Source: Squalus acanthias
Taxonomy: Eukaryota
Direction of reading: 5' to 3'
Assembly: GCA_030390025.1 (NCBI GenBank)
Contig: CM059431.1
Location: 121,522,001-121,586,000 of the forward strand
DNA length: 64,000 bases
In this document: positions 46,716 to 57,747 of the stretch, piece after piece
Numbering within the stretch: the first letter of the stretch is position 1
Layout of the letters: every line of letters begins with the position of its first letter
Program-made: the position numbers and the translations under genes
Notes under the pieces: generated by a model
Databases searched by the model: none
What the model saw: the letters and a program-made list of their open reading frames with translations, nothing else
Told to the model about the DNA's origin: nothing

Positions 46716-49067
46716 ATGGAACGAATTCTAGTATTGCTCGTGGCAATCGGATGTGGATTGGCCTATCGAGGCCGCACCAAGGATGTCGTGGTGTTTGGAT
46801 GTTCCGGGGACACGGCCCCCATCGCGGTGGATGGGACCGGAAGACGGGAGGCAGAGGAGACCAGCACCTATTTCCACAAGGGAAGGTGGCCAGGATGGCT
46901 GGGAACGAACTCAACGGAGTATTCCAGCACATCGGGGTTTGCCTACAAAGAGACTTCTTTACTGTGCCCCAAAGTAAGGATCATCGCACCCAGGATCAGC
47001 GTCACCGTCGGCAAACGGATTTGTTTGACTTGTAGTGGGAAGGTCCCATTGAGCCGATGGTGGTGGCTGCGAAAGCTGAGCAAAACTATGAGGAACTCTT
47101 CGGTCGAGTGGGAACGACTGGGTAATAATACCCATCGGACAATTACGGGGACAGACGGACAAGTGAAAGTCTGTTGGGACAAATGGTGGGAACCGGATGA
47201 GGGAATTTATGTATGTATGTGGGGGTCAAAGTACGTTTGCCCCAAAGGCATCTCCATATTTTTTATTAATCAATGGCAGGATAACGGACAGGGGATGAGG
47301 TGGGATGCGAGCACCAGGGGGTGCGGAGCCCCATTCTCCCCGATCCCAGTAAATGCCACTGAGCTCATTACGCGCCCACGCAAAGCCCCGCCCACGATTC
47401 CGGTGGTTCTAGCTGAGGAAGAAGGGTGCCCTAAAACTAGTAAGGGACCCGGGAATGGTTTGGTACTGGTCCCCACAGACCAGATACTATTTCAGGGGGT
47501 ACATTACGCGGTGGCCTCGGTGATTTTAAATCTCACTGAGGTGCGGTTACCAGAGTGGTGCCCCAAAAAGACGGAACAGTTGTACCAGGTCCTGTTGACC
47601 AAGATGTTCAGACAATTTTACGAATTCGATTTCGCGGAAATTGATAAAACAAGTTTGTACACCGCACCACAGGAAGTTTTGGATCAAGTAGGGAGGCAAA
47701 GAAGGGGTTTGGTGAACGATGCGTTCACTGCTTTTAACACAGGTACATCTGTGGTCAACGCTCTAGACAGTGTGGAGCTGCAGACCCAGATTAATGGTTT
47801 AAAGACACAATTAAAGGACATTCTAACAGATGAGAATAAAGTGGTAGGGTCGGGTCTACACGAGGACCAAGCCATGACCCTCCATTTAAAGGAAATTATA
47901 GCAGAGTTGGAGAAACATGCAAAGACGGTAAATGCCCTGATTAGGGAAGATCGGAATGCATCCGATCAAGCTGCGCAGAACGAGGTGTGCGTGCTTTACG
48001 GGGCGTGGTTACTGGGCGAGGGCCGCAGTAATTTGGAGGATTTAAAACAAGGTTTGGTTCCGTCCTGGATAAGTAACAAACACCTGCGGGCGCTCCACCC
48101 TTTTCAGAACGCATTAAGTCCATGCCAGCTCAGGCTAGCTTCAGAAGCTTACCCAGTCCCCGTGGACTGCGGACGATCAAACCATACTATTATGGGAATA
48201 GTATTACGTATGCCGGTTTTGGGCGACACAGCAAAGCCCGCCCCGGTGTATCGGGTAGAGAACATTGGTGTCATTCAGGGGGGAGCCCACATTCGCTATG
48301 CAGCGGTTCCACCTTACGTCATCCGCTGGGAGCAAACGATGACAGGTACAGATCTCTCTGGTTGTCGTGGCAGGGGAGCACACATAATACTATGCCCCCA
48401 GCACTTGAATGCCTTTTTAACACCACAGTGCGGGTTCAGAACGACTGGCGCCAAGTCCATGAATTGCACCATGGAGGCAATGGCACAAGATCATGTGCCT
48501 CCGCAGGTAGCATACATCGGGGGTGGAACATATTGTGTTACCACTGCAGCGCAACACTACCAGCATGGAAACCGTAGCCGGTGTCCGGTGAGTGACAGCA
48601 GTTTCTGTTTTAAACCCAGGGCGGAAGTTCAAGTAGCACAACAGCGAATTATCCCAATCCCTGAACCATCCACTGTTCATCTCACAGTAAAAGAGAATTT
48701 CACCGACTTGCAGCGATTCGTCGCGCATTTTGGATACCTCATTCCCCCTCTCCCTGAACACCTCACCAAGCTTTTGAAAGCCGTCGCGGTGTCACAGAAA
48801 CATTTTTACACATTAGAGCAGAAAACTGTCGAAATAGGAACAGACATTCTGGATATAGTAGTTCCACCGTGGTGGAATCTGTTCACTAATATTGAAGTAC
48901 CTTCATGGATCAGAATAGCCTCCCACATTTTAGTCGTATGCCAAGTTTTCATTGTAGTGTACCTATTGGTTGTACATTGTAAAAGAGACAAACGCCTCAC
49001 CAAGCATGAAAACACGGGAGAGTGGCGAGAACGTTACGTGCGCGTGCACGATGAGAGCACCGTGTAA
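46716..49067 (+). CDS. env: Envelope glycoprotein (783 aa): signal peptide, Ig-like domain, class I F-like fusion protein, TM, short tail
   Basis: MERILVLLVAIGCGLA signal; furin site RQRR|GLVNDAF (47694-47705) then heptad repeat; Cys-rich region; TM IASHILVVCQVFIVVYLLVV; candidate acceptor cacAG|G at 46702. ORF track starts earlier at non-ATG 46533. Confidence 0.9.
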   Translation: MERILVLLVAIGCGLAYRGRTKDVVVFGCSGDTAPIAVDGTGRREAEETSTYFHKGRWPGWLGTNSTEYSSTSGFAYKETSLLCPKVRIIAPRISVTVGKRICLTCSGKVPLSRWWWLRKLSKTMRNSSVEWERLGNNTHRTITGTDGQVKVCWDKWWEPDEGIYVCMWGSKYVCPKGISIFFINQWQDNGQGMRWDASTRGCGAPFSPIPVNATELITRPRKAPPTIPVVLAEEEGCPKTSKGPGNGLVLVPTDQILFQGVHYAVASVILNLTEVRLPEWCPKKTEQLYQVLLTKMFRQFYEFDFAEIDKTSLYTAPQEVLDQVGRQRRGLVNDAFTAFNTGTSVVNALDSVELQTQINGLKTQLKDILTDENKVVGSGLHEDQAMTLHLKEIIAELEKHAKTVNALIREDRNASDQAAQNEVCVLYGAWLLGEGRSNLEDLKQGLVPSWISNKHLRALHPFQNALSPCQLRLASEAYPVPVDCGRSNHTIMGIVLRMPVLGDTAKPAPVYRVENIGVIQGGAHIRYAAVPPYVIRWEQTMTGTDLSGCRGRGAHIILCPQHLNAFLTPQCGFRTTGAKSMNCTMEAMAQDHVPPQVAYIGGGTYCVTTAAQHYQHGNRSRCPVSDSSFCFKPRAEVQVAQQRIIPIPEPSTVHLTVKENFTDLQRFVAHFGYLIPPLPEHLTKLLKAVAVSQKHFYTLEQKTVEIGTDILDIVVPPWWNLFTNIEVPSWIRIASHILVVCQVFIVVYLLVVHCKRDKRLTKHENTGEWRERYVRVHDESTV

Positions 49068-49505
49068 TCGGAAAATGGCGTCACTCCCGCTCGCCACGTG
49101 CGCCGCGGAAGCCTGTACTCATATAAGATTTTCAGAGATTGTAAATACGTTGGGAACTCGACATGTTTTAAGAGTTGGTGTTGATTATTTTGGTGATGGT
49201 GTTACAGTTAAAATTGATTGTTTGGTTTTGGGTTCTGTTTCTCCTTTCCCTGAATAAAAGATGAATATACAGGTGATACGAGAGGCATCGGCCTGGTTAC
49301 GCCGGGAAGGAAAACAAGTGGTGTAAGTTTAAGGGCAAATAATGCCTACGGTGATATAAAATGTAATTTTCTTGGGAAATGAGGACGACACAGAGACCCT
49401 AGCTAGGTTAAAGTTATGGGATTAATTTGCTGGATTCGGAGAGAAATCGAGATAATATTGCTCACCACTATGATTTTTGATACGATAAGCGGAGTTATTC
49501 GCATC

Positions 49506-49517
49506 AACAGGAGGGAC
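49506..49517 (+). promoter_or_regulatory. Polypurine tract
   Basis: AACAGGAGGGAC abutting the 3' LTR; identical in the sister provirus (54842-54853, minus). Confidence 0.8.
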
Positions 49518-51182
49518 TGTAGAATTCGCAATATATCGCGATTTTATTAATAAGGAGAAAACACAGAGTTTCGTTCAAACAGCTTTTATTTCAGTAGAAT
49601 GCTGGCAGGTTTAAAGTGGACACAAGCAGCCTGTAAAATGGCCGCCGCACCTCGTGACAGAACATTCTAGACTTTTCAACAGGCAGACAAGATGGCGTTC
49701 CAATAAACATTTGTGCAAGATCGATTAAGATTCAGCACAGTGAAGATAATACACGAGACATTATGGGTTTGCAGTATACACATAGATACTGAAATCGGTC
49801 TCCCAGGTACAAAGGAAAGCCATTGTACCGAGTAATCAAACCCATCCAAAAGACATTAATATGTAAAATCCCAACGACTCTACGATGAGAGAGCCGTTAG
49901 CAGGTAGTTATACAGGACACTTGGAAGCCCCAAACCCCTCCAGGGAGAACACCGACCGATTTAACAATGGGAGAAATATTAACAGGTACTCAGACATTTA
50001 CGAGTAGCCCCGAAACCCATTAAGAACGGAGATCACCCATACAAGACATTTGAGCGCCAAACCCTAAACAAAAGAATGGACATTATAGTTGGGCGGGAAA
50101 CGGAAGATTTTGCACTATAATTGCAGGCTCCAAACCGTCCATTCTTCTCTTGCTGCTCTTATCATCGTGGCTGCTCCTGTGCTCTTATCCGGTCGATTCG
50201 TAACCTCGTGGCTGCTCCTGTGTACTCGTAGTTGGGCTCGCTCCTGCTTGCCTGTTGCCTCTTCTGAAAAGACTGTTGAACTTTCTGATCCGTTCGGATC
50301 TACCTCGTGTCGCGTAACGAAGACCTATATTGGTAACCGGTATCGGAACCAAAAGGCCCGAGAAGAGATGAGATGAGATGAGATGAGAAGAGAGGAAGAC
50401 CATATCCATCGCCACGGTCAGTAAATCCCGACCGCGCCTGTAGGTCGATTATCCAAGTTTTTCCTTGCCAGGAAGACTTCTTCGAACTTATAACGAAACA
50501 TATTGCATCGATGATAACTGGACTGTGCCCAAAGTAACTGGAATGTGAAAGCCACCAATACAGATCTTCATCACAGCAGACGTTCCAGCCTGCTAGCCGG
50601 AGCAGCAGAAGCAAGTAAACAAGTGGGACCAGGAGATCTCCTGACCGACACGTGGGTGCTGCGGTGAAAAACATCCGATCAGCTTTCGGAATTTCTCCGA
50701 GTTATCACGAGTGGTGAGCATGAGTCTCGAAATCCTACGAATCTAGTTTAGGATAGATATTGATAGGGGAGGGTTTAAGGATTAAGGATATTTGTAATGT
50801 GTGCCCCTATTTACTTTGTGCCGTTCGTTCCTCGTTTCCCTAAGATCGACTATATAACTGTTTGTAAGATTGTACTGTCATTAATCTGTGCTTATGACAT
50901 GTATTTCATAATCTTAAGTATCATGCAATAAAGATTTTCCATTTCGTACCATTCAAACCGAGTCTACATGAGTTTCATCTCCATTACTGCTCTCGCATCT
51001 AAGTCCAGTGTCTAGAACCGTAAGGGAGAGTGATTCGAACCACTCACAGGTGTGTCTAGTGTTCCCAGACTGGCTGGAGACCAGAACAGGCAACAAGGCC
51101 TAGACCCGCACTGACATATAGGCTGCACAGAGCCGCGTGAATCTCACAGGCTGCGAGACACGCAGGGTCAGAATCCCTTACA
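49518..51182 (+). repeat. 3' LTR (1665 bp)
   Basis: Direct repeat of 38399-40065 with two 1-nt deletions and ~10 substitutions. Confidence 0.97.
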
Positions 51183-51819
51183 CATGTTGCACTTTCTCCA
51201 ATGCCTCTATATCCTTTTTATAATATGGAGACCAGAACTGTTCACAATACTCCAAGTGTGGTCTAACCAAGGTTCTATACAAATTTAACATAACTTCAAT
51301 GCTTTTCAATTCTATCCCATTAGAAATGAACCCGTGCTTTGTTTGCTTTTTAAGTGGCCTTCTTAACCTGCATCACTACTTTTAGTGATTGGTGTATCTG
51401 TCCCCCAGATCCCTCTGTTCCTCTACCCCATTTATACACTTATTTTTCGAGGAGTACGTGGCCTTCTTATTCTTCCTACTAAAATGTATTGCCTTACACT
51501 TACCTATATTGAAGTCCTTTTGCCAATTACACACCCATTCTGCAAGTTTATTAATGTCTTCCTGTATTTTGTCTCAGTCCTCCTCTGTATTAACTGTACC
51601 ACTCAATTTGGTGTCATCGGCAAATTTTGAAATTGTACTTCTGATTCCCGAGTGCAAATCGTTTATGTAAATAGTGAGAAGTGGTCCCAGCAGCGATCCT
51701 TGTGGAACACCATTTACCACCATTTGCCAATCCGAGTAACTATCTTTAAATCCGACTCTCTGTTTTCTGTTTCGTAGCCAGTTTGCTATCCATTCTACTA
51801 CTTGTCCCCTGACTTCACA

Positions 51820-52849
51820 GGGGTGATTTTGGCCGAATACTTTAGATGCTAAAGAGGTAAAGAAGTGGCCAAGATGTGGTCTTAAGCTGCAATGTGGTTT
51901 AGCCCACATTTAGCGCAAGATAACATCTTGGTAAAGGATTTGAAACCAGCGCTAGTAAAGGCCGCCCCAAAGATCATTACGGGGCTGATTGACAATGAAA
52001 TTGCCTGCTAGCGCTCACTAAAGAGGCTGCACACCATTTTGGTGGATAACACTTCATTTAACGACCTCTCCTGACAGCAACCAGCTGAACAGGAGTAAAC
52101 AAGTCATTGTTGAAAATTTTGAGTGCTACTTAAAGATATATCACGTTTTACTGTCAACTTGGTGCTGGAGGTTTGAAGAGGGCTTTTGAAAAACATTGGG
52201 AGACTTTCTGGGACACATTGTCAAGACTTCACCAACACTCTATCAACATTTATTCTGGAAATTGTGTGAGGACATCACCTAAAAAGAGTGAGTGCTGTGC
52301 TACTCTACCTTATTGGACACCTTATAGGAGTCACCAGGAGAAAGGCATCTTGCTCGGGGTCCCCCTTGGTCTGCAGAAGGAATGGGCAGAGGAAATGAGT
52401 CCAGGCAGAACAGCACCAGCTGATCCAGGAGAGAGGGACAGGAGGGTCAAGTGCACTGCTTCCCCCCTGTGGGTATAGGACATCCCTTCTCCACTGGACC
52501 CCCTCCACCAGGACGTCCACTGCTGTGCCTGAGAACCTGTGCGCTCTCTCACTCAGTCCCTGAGCCATCCTGAAACCTGCCACTGTGTGTCAGCCAGCAC
52601 ACTCCACACCTTCAGTGGAAGTGGATACGTGGAGCCCACATATACTGCTCCACGAAAATTGCTTCTAATCAGCACTTGAGTGCTAAACCTGCAGGTGTCT
52701 GATTTAGCATCTACCGGCAAGTTCAAAATATAGTACTCAGCAATTAGGACCAAATTTGCATGCTAAAACCAGACTTTCAAACAGGCGTGTCTTATTCGCA
52801 CTGCACCCATTTAGCACATGTTTTCACCCTGTCACCAAAATAAACCACC
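51820..52849. mobile_element. Harbinger-derived deletion derivative inserted in CR1
   Basis: Myb-like ERAHRFSGTAVDVLVEGVQWRRDVLYP (minus, ~52583-52470), imperfect TIRs; CR1 resumes after 52849. Confidence 0.6.
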
Positions 52850-53230
52850 ACATGTTCTGACCTTAGTCATGAGTCTACTATGTGGTACTTTATTGAAGGT
52901 TTTTTAGTAATCCAAATATATTACATCTACTACATTACCCTTATCTACCTTTTCTGTTACTTCTTCAAAGAATTCAATAAGGTTGGTCAAGCATGACCTT
53001 CCCTTTTGGAATCTGTGCTGACTACTCTTTATTATATTTTCAGTTTCTAGATGTTTTTCTATTACAATTATATTTATTAGAATTTTAATATTTAGATTCT
53101 ATCTAGGTCATTACATCAGTACTGTGATGTATGCTGATGTACTATTATTATTGGCAAATAGCTACAGAAATGCATCTTATTTATTGGAGTACAGCAAAGC
53201 AGAGTTTCCACAATATCATGTGCTACCAGG

Positions 53231-56200
53231 TGTAAGGGGTTTCGGTTCAGGGTGCTTGTGCGCGGTTAGGCCTTCGTTGCCTAATACTATTGCTTGCTCT
53301 GGTCTCCGGCCAGCCTTATTGCAATAAGCACCTGTGAGTGGTTCGACCCACTCGCCCTTACGGTTCTAACACTGGACTTAGGTGCGAGAGCAGTAATGCA
53401 GAGAAAAACTCAAATAGACCCGGTGAATAGTACGAAATGGAAATCTTTATTGCATAACGTCCAAAATCATGAAGTACATGTCATAGGCACAAATTAATGA
53501 CAGTACAAGTATACTTACATTCATAAAACTTGGTCCAGGGTAATGAGGAACGCACGGCACATCGTAAAAAGGGGAACACATTATATTTATCCTTAATAAA
53601 ACCACCCTCCCCTATCAATACCTACACTAATCTAGATTTGTAGGATCGGGAAACATGCTCACCACTCGTGATACTTCGGAGAATTTTAAAGTAAGGCACT
53701 CGGCTTGTTTCGCTGCAACACCTGACTGTCACGTGTTGGAAGGCGTCTCTGTACCCCACTTGTTTATCTTCTCTGCTCCAGCTAGCAGGCTGGGCTCCCC
53801 GTTGTCATGAAGAACTCGACAGTGCTCGGGCCCGGCTGTACAACTCAAAGAAAAGTCTTTCTGGACCGACACCAGTTAACCGGTAAAATTCAAAGAAGAG
53901 TCTTTGACCAGTTCATGCAGTAACCTGTAGAGTTCAAAATGGTCTATATATTTTCGGGCGCGGTCGGGGTTTACTGACCGCGGCGGCACGTGGATTCTTC
54001 TTCTTCTCTTCTCATCTCGTCTCTTCGGGCCTTCGGGTCCAGAACACCGTTTACCGACCCTTGGGATGGTGCACCCGGTCACTGGCCTTCGTCGAGGTGG
54101 CTCGTTCCAAATTGAGCTCCACCCAACATAGGAGAATAAAAGTTCAGCCCGCGTCTAGAGTCAGTTCAAACAAATCAGCCTCGGGAGGATCAGAGGAATA
54201 AGAGAGAGATGGACGTTTGTTCACTATAGTTATAATGCTGTGTTCCCTTATCTCCCGCCCAAATCTTAATGTTCATCCTTTGTAAAATCTTGGCGCTCAA
54301 AAATTCCCAGTATGGGGTGATTCTTTCCTTTAATGGGTTTCGGTAGCACCTTAAACTGGCCAACTACCCGTTAATGTTTTCCCCATTGTCGAACCGGCTA
54401 GGAGTCTCCGTGACTGGTTTTGGGGCCTCCTCGAATACTGACTTAATCACCCGAGAATGGCTCTCTCATTGTAGAGCCGTGGGGAATTTGCGTATTGATG
54501 TATCTGGATGGGCCTTCGATTGCCCAGTACAATGGTCCTTACTTGCGCATGGAAAATGATTCCAGCACTTATATCTCTTGCTATTGTGTCGAATGCAGAC
54601 AGGTTGCATCCTGTCTTTATCAGTGTTTGCTGCGTATTAACCAATCTTAGGCTGAAATGGTTATTCGAACGCCATTTGTCTGCCCACTGAAAATTCTGGA
54701 AGCTTCTGCCACGAGGCGCGGTGGCCATTTTACAGGCTTCTGTGTCCTGTTTAATCATGACAGCATTTCGTTGAAATAAAACTAATGAAACGAATCTGCT
54801 TTATCTCGTTATTTCGAATCGCAATAATTGCGAATTTTACAGTCCCTCCTGTTGATGCGAATAACTCCGCTTATCGTATCAATCAAAAGTGGTGGTGAGC
54901 AAAATTATCCCGATTCTCCACATCCAAACACTCCCTTAACTTAAACTATCTAGGGTCTCCATGCCGTCCTCATTTCCCAGGGAAAATTACATTATCTAAC
55001 TTGGACAAAACCGTAGGCAGTATTGCCTTTCAAACTTACATCATGTATACGTCTTCCAGGTGCAACAGGCTGATGCCTCTCGTACCACCTGTATATGTTT
55101 TTTATTATACGAGGAAAAAAACTAATCAAACAACCCATTTAACAAATACAAAAATTAAAAATAATCAAACAACTCTTTTAAAATACAAAGTTCCAAACTT
55201 GGTTACATATCTTCATAACTAACAATCAATTACAAGAACACACATGGTAAAATGGAGTGGCATCATCCTGGCCGTTTACACGGCGCTTTCCTCGTGCACA
55301 CGCACGTAACGTTCTCTCCACTCGCCTGTGTTCTCCTGCTTTGTGAGGCGCTTGCCTCTCTTGCAGTGCACGACCAATAGGTACACTACAATTATTACTT
55401 GGCACACTACTAAAATGTGGGAGGCTATTCTGATCCATGAAGGCACTTCAATATTGGTGAACAGGTCCCACCACGGTGGGATGACTATGTCTAGAATTTC
55501 TGTCCCTATCTCGACTGTCTTTTGTTCTAGGGTGTAAAAATGTTTTTGCGATACCGCGACGGCTTTCAAAAGCTTGGTGAGGTGTTCAGGGAGAGGGGGA
55601 ATGATGTATCCGAAATGCGCGACGAATCGCTGCAAGTCGGTGAAATTCTCTTTTACTGTTAGATGAACAGTGGATGGTTCAGGGATCGGGAAATTCGCTG
55701 CTGTGCCACTTGAACTTCAGCCCTGGATTTAAAACAGAAACTGCTGTCACTCACCAGACACCAGCTGCGGTTTCCATGCTGGTAGTGTTGCGCTGCAGTG
55801 GTAACGCAATATGTTCCACCCCCTATGTATGCCACCTGCGGAGGCACATGATCTTGTGTCATTGCTTCCATGCTGCAATTCATGGGCTTCGCGCCAGCCA
55901 TTCTGAACCCGCATTGTGGTGTTAAAAAGGCATTCAAGTGCTGGGGACACAGGATTATGTGTGCTCCCCGGCCACGACAACCCGAGAGATCGGTACCTGT
56001 CATCGTTTGCTCCCAGCGGATGATGTAAGGTGGGACCGCTGCGTAGCGAATGTGGGCTCCCCCCTGAATGACACCAATGTTCTCTACCCGATACACCGGG
56101 GCGGGCTTTGCTGTGTCACCCAAAACCGGCATACGTAATACTATACCCATGATGGTATGGTTTGATCGTCCGCAGTCCACGGGGACTGGGTATGCCTCTG

Positions 56201-57747
56201 AGGCTAGCCTGAGCTGGCACGGGCTTAATGCGTTCTGAAAAGGTTGGAGCGCCTGCAGGTGTTTGTTACTTATCCAGGACGGGACCAAACCTTGTTTTAA
56301 ATCCTCCAAATTACTGCGGCCCTCGCCCAGTAACCACGCCCCGTATAGTACGCACACCTCGTTCTGCGCAGCTTGATCGGATGCATTCCGATCTTCCCTA
56401 ATCAGGGCATTTACCGTTCTCGCATGCTTCTCCAGCTCTGTTATAATTTCCTTTAAGTGTAGCATCATGGCCTGGTCCTCATGTAACTCAGACCCTACTA
56501 CCTTGTTTTCGCTTGTGAGGATGCTTTTTAATTGTGTTTTTAAACCATTGATCTGGGTCTGCAGCTCCACGTTGTCTAGAGCGTTGACCACAGATGTTCC
56601 TGTATTAAAGGCGGTGAACATATCGTTCACAATACCCCTTCTTTGTACCCCACCTGACCGAAAACTTCGTGTGGTGTGGTGTACAAGCTTGTCTTGTTAA
56701 TCTCTGCAAAATCAAACTCGTAGAATTGTCTAAACATGTTTGTCAACAGGACCTGGTACAATTGTTCCGTCTCTTTGGGGCACCACTCTGGCAACCGCAC
56801 CTCGGTGAGATTTAAAATCACCGAGGCCACCGCGTAATGTATCCCCTGAAATAGTATCTGGTCTGTTGGGACCAGTACCAAACCATTCCCGGGCCCCTTA
56901 GTGGTTTTAGGGCACCCTTCCTCCTGAGCCAAAACCACCGGAATCGTGGGCGGGGCCTTGCGTGGGCACGTGATGAGTTCAGTGGCATTTACCGGGATCG
57001 GGGAGTATGGAGCTCCGCAACCCCTTGTGCTGACATCCCACCTCATCCCTTTCCCGTTATCCTGCCACTGGTGCACGAAAAATATGGATATACCCTTGGG
57101 GCAAACGTACTTCGATCCCCACATACAAACATAAATTCCCTCATCCGGTTCCCACCATTTGTCCCAACAGACTTTCAATTGTCCGTTAGTCCCCGTAATT
57201 GTCCTATGGGTATTGTTACCCAATCGCTCCCACTGGACCGAGGAATTTCTCATATTTTTGCTCAATTTCCGTAACCACCACCATCGGCTCAATGGGACCT
57301 TCCCATTGCATGTCAAACAAATCCTTTTGCCGACTGTGACGCTGATTCTGGTCACCCGAGAATGGCTCTCTCATTGTAGAGCCATGGGGAATTTGCGTAT
57401 TGATGTATCTGGATGGGCCTTCGATTGCCCAGTACAATGGTCCTTACTTGCGCATGGAAAATGATTCCAGCACTTATATCTCTTGCTATTGTGTCGAATG
57501 CAGACAGGTTGCATCCTGTCTTTATCAGTGTTTGCTGCGTATTAACCAATCTTATGCTGAAATGTTTATTCGAACGCCATCTTGTCTGCCCACTGAAAAT
57601 TCTGGAAGCTTCTGCCACGAGGCGCGGCGGCCATTTTACAGGCTTCTGTGTCCTATTTAATCATGACATAATTTTGTTGAAATAAAACTGATGAAACGAA
57701 TCTGCTTTATCTCGTTATTTCGAATCGCGATAATTGCGAATTTTACA
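53231..57747 (-). mobile_element. Internally deleted sister provirus (subfamily B): partial 5' LTR 57352-57747, env remnant, complete 3' LTR 53231-54841
   Basis: TG/CA termini, TSD CAGG (53227-53230 / 57748-57751), PPT, env highly similar to provirus A; gag, pol and PBS absent. Confidence 0.93.
55276..57350 (-). pseudogene. env: env pseudogene: lacks signal peptide, two 1-nt frameshifts (~56647, ~55691)
   Basis: ORFs 56627-57355, 55659-56630 and 55276-55635 tile the env of provirus A; ~21 differences in the first ~234 aa. Confidence 0.93.

Larger units (their letters stand above)
38399..51182 (+). mobile_element. Intact endogenous lokiretrovirus-like provirus (LTR-PBS-gag-pol-env-PPT-LTR), subfamily A
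   Basis: Paired LTRs, TSD CATG (38395-38398 / 51183-51186), three uninterrupted ORFs, dual RNase H, F-like env. Confidence 0.93.

Noticed and set aside
56627..57355. Domesticated secreted env fragment (restriction factor or syncytin-like)
   Set aside because: No ATG or signal peptide, TATA region deleted, multiple frameshifts
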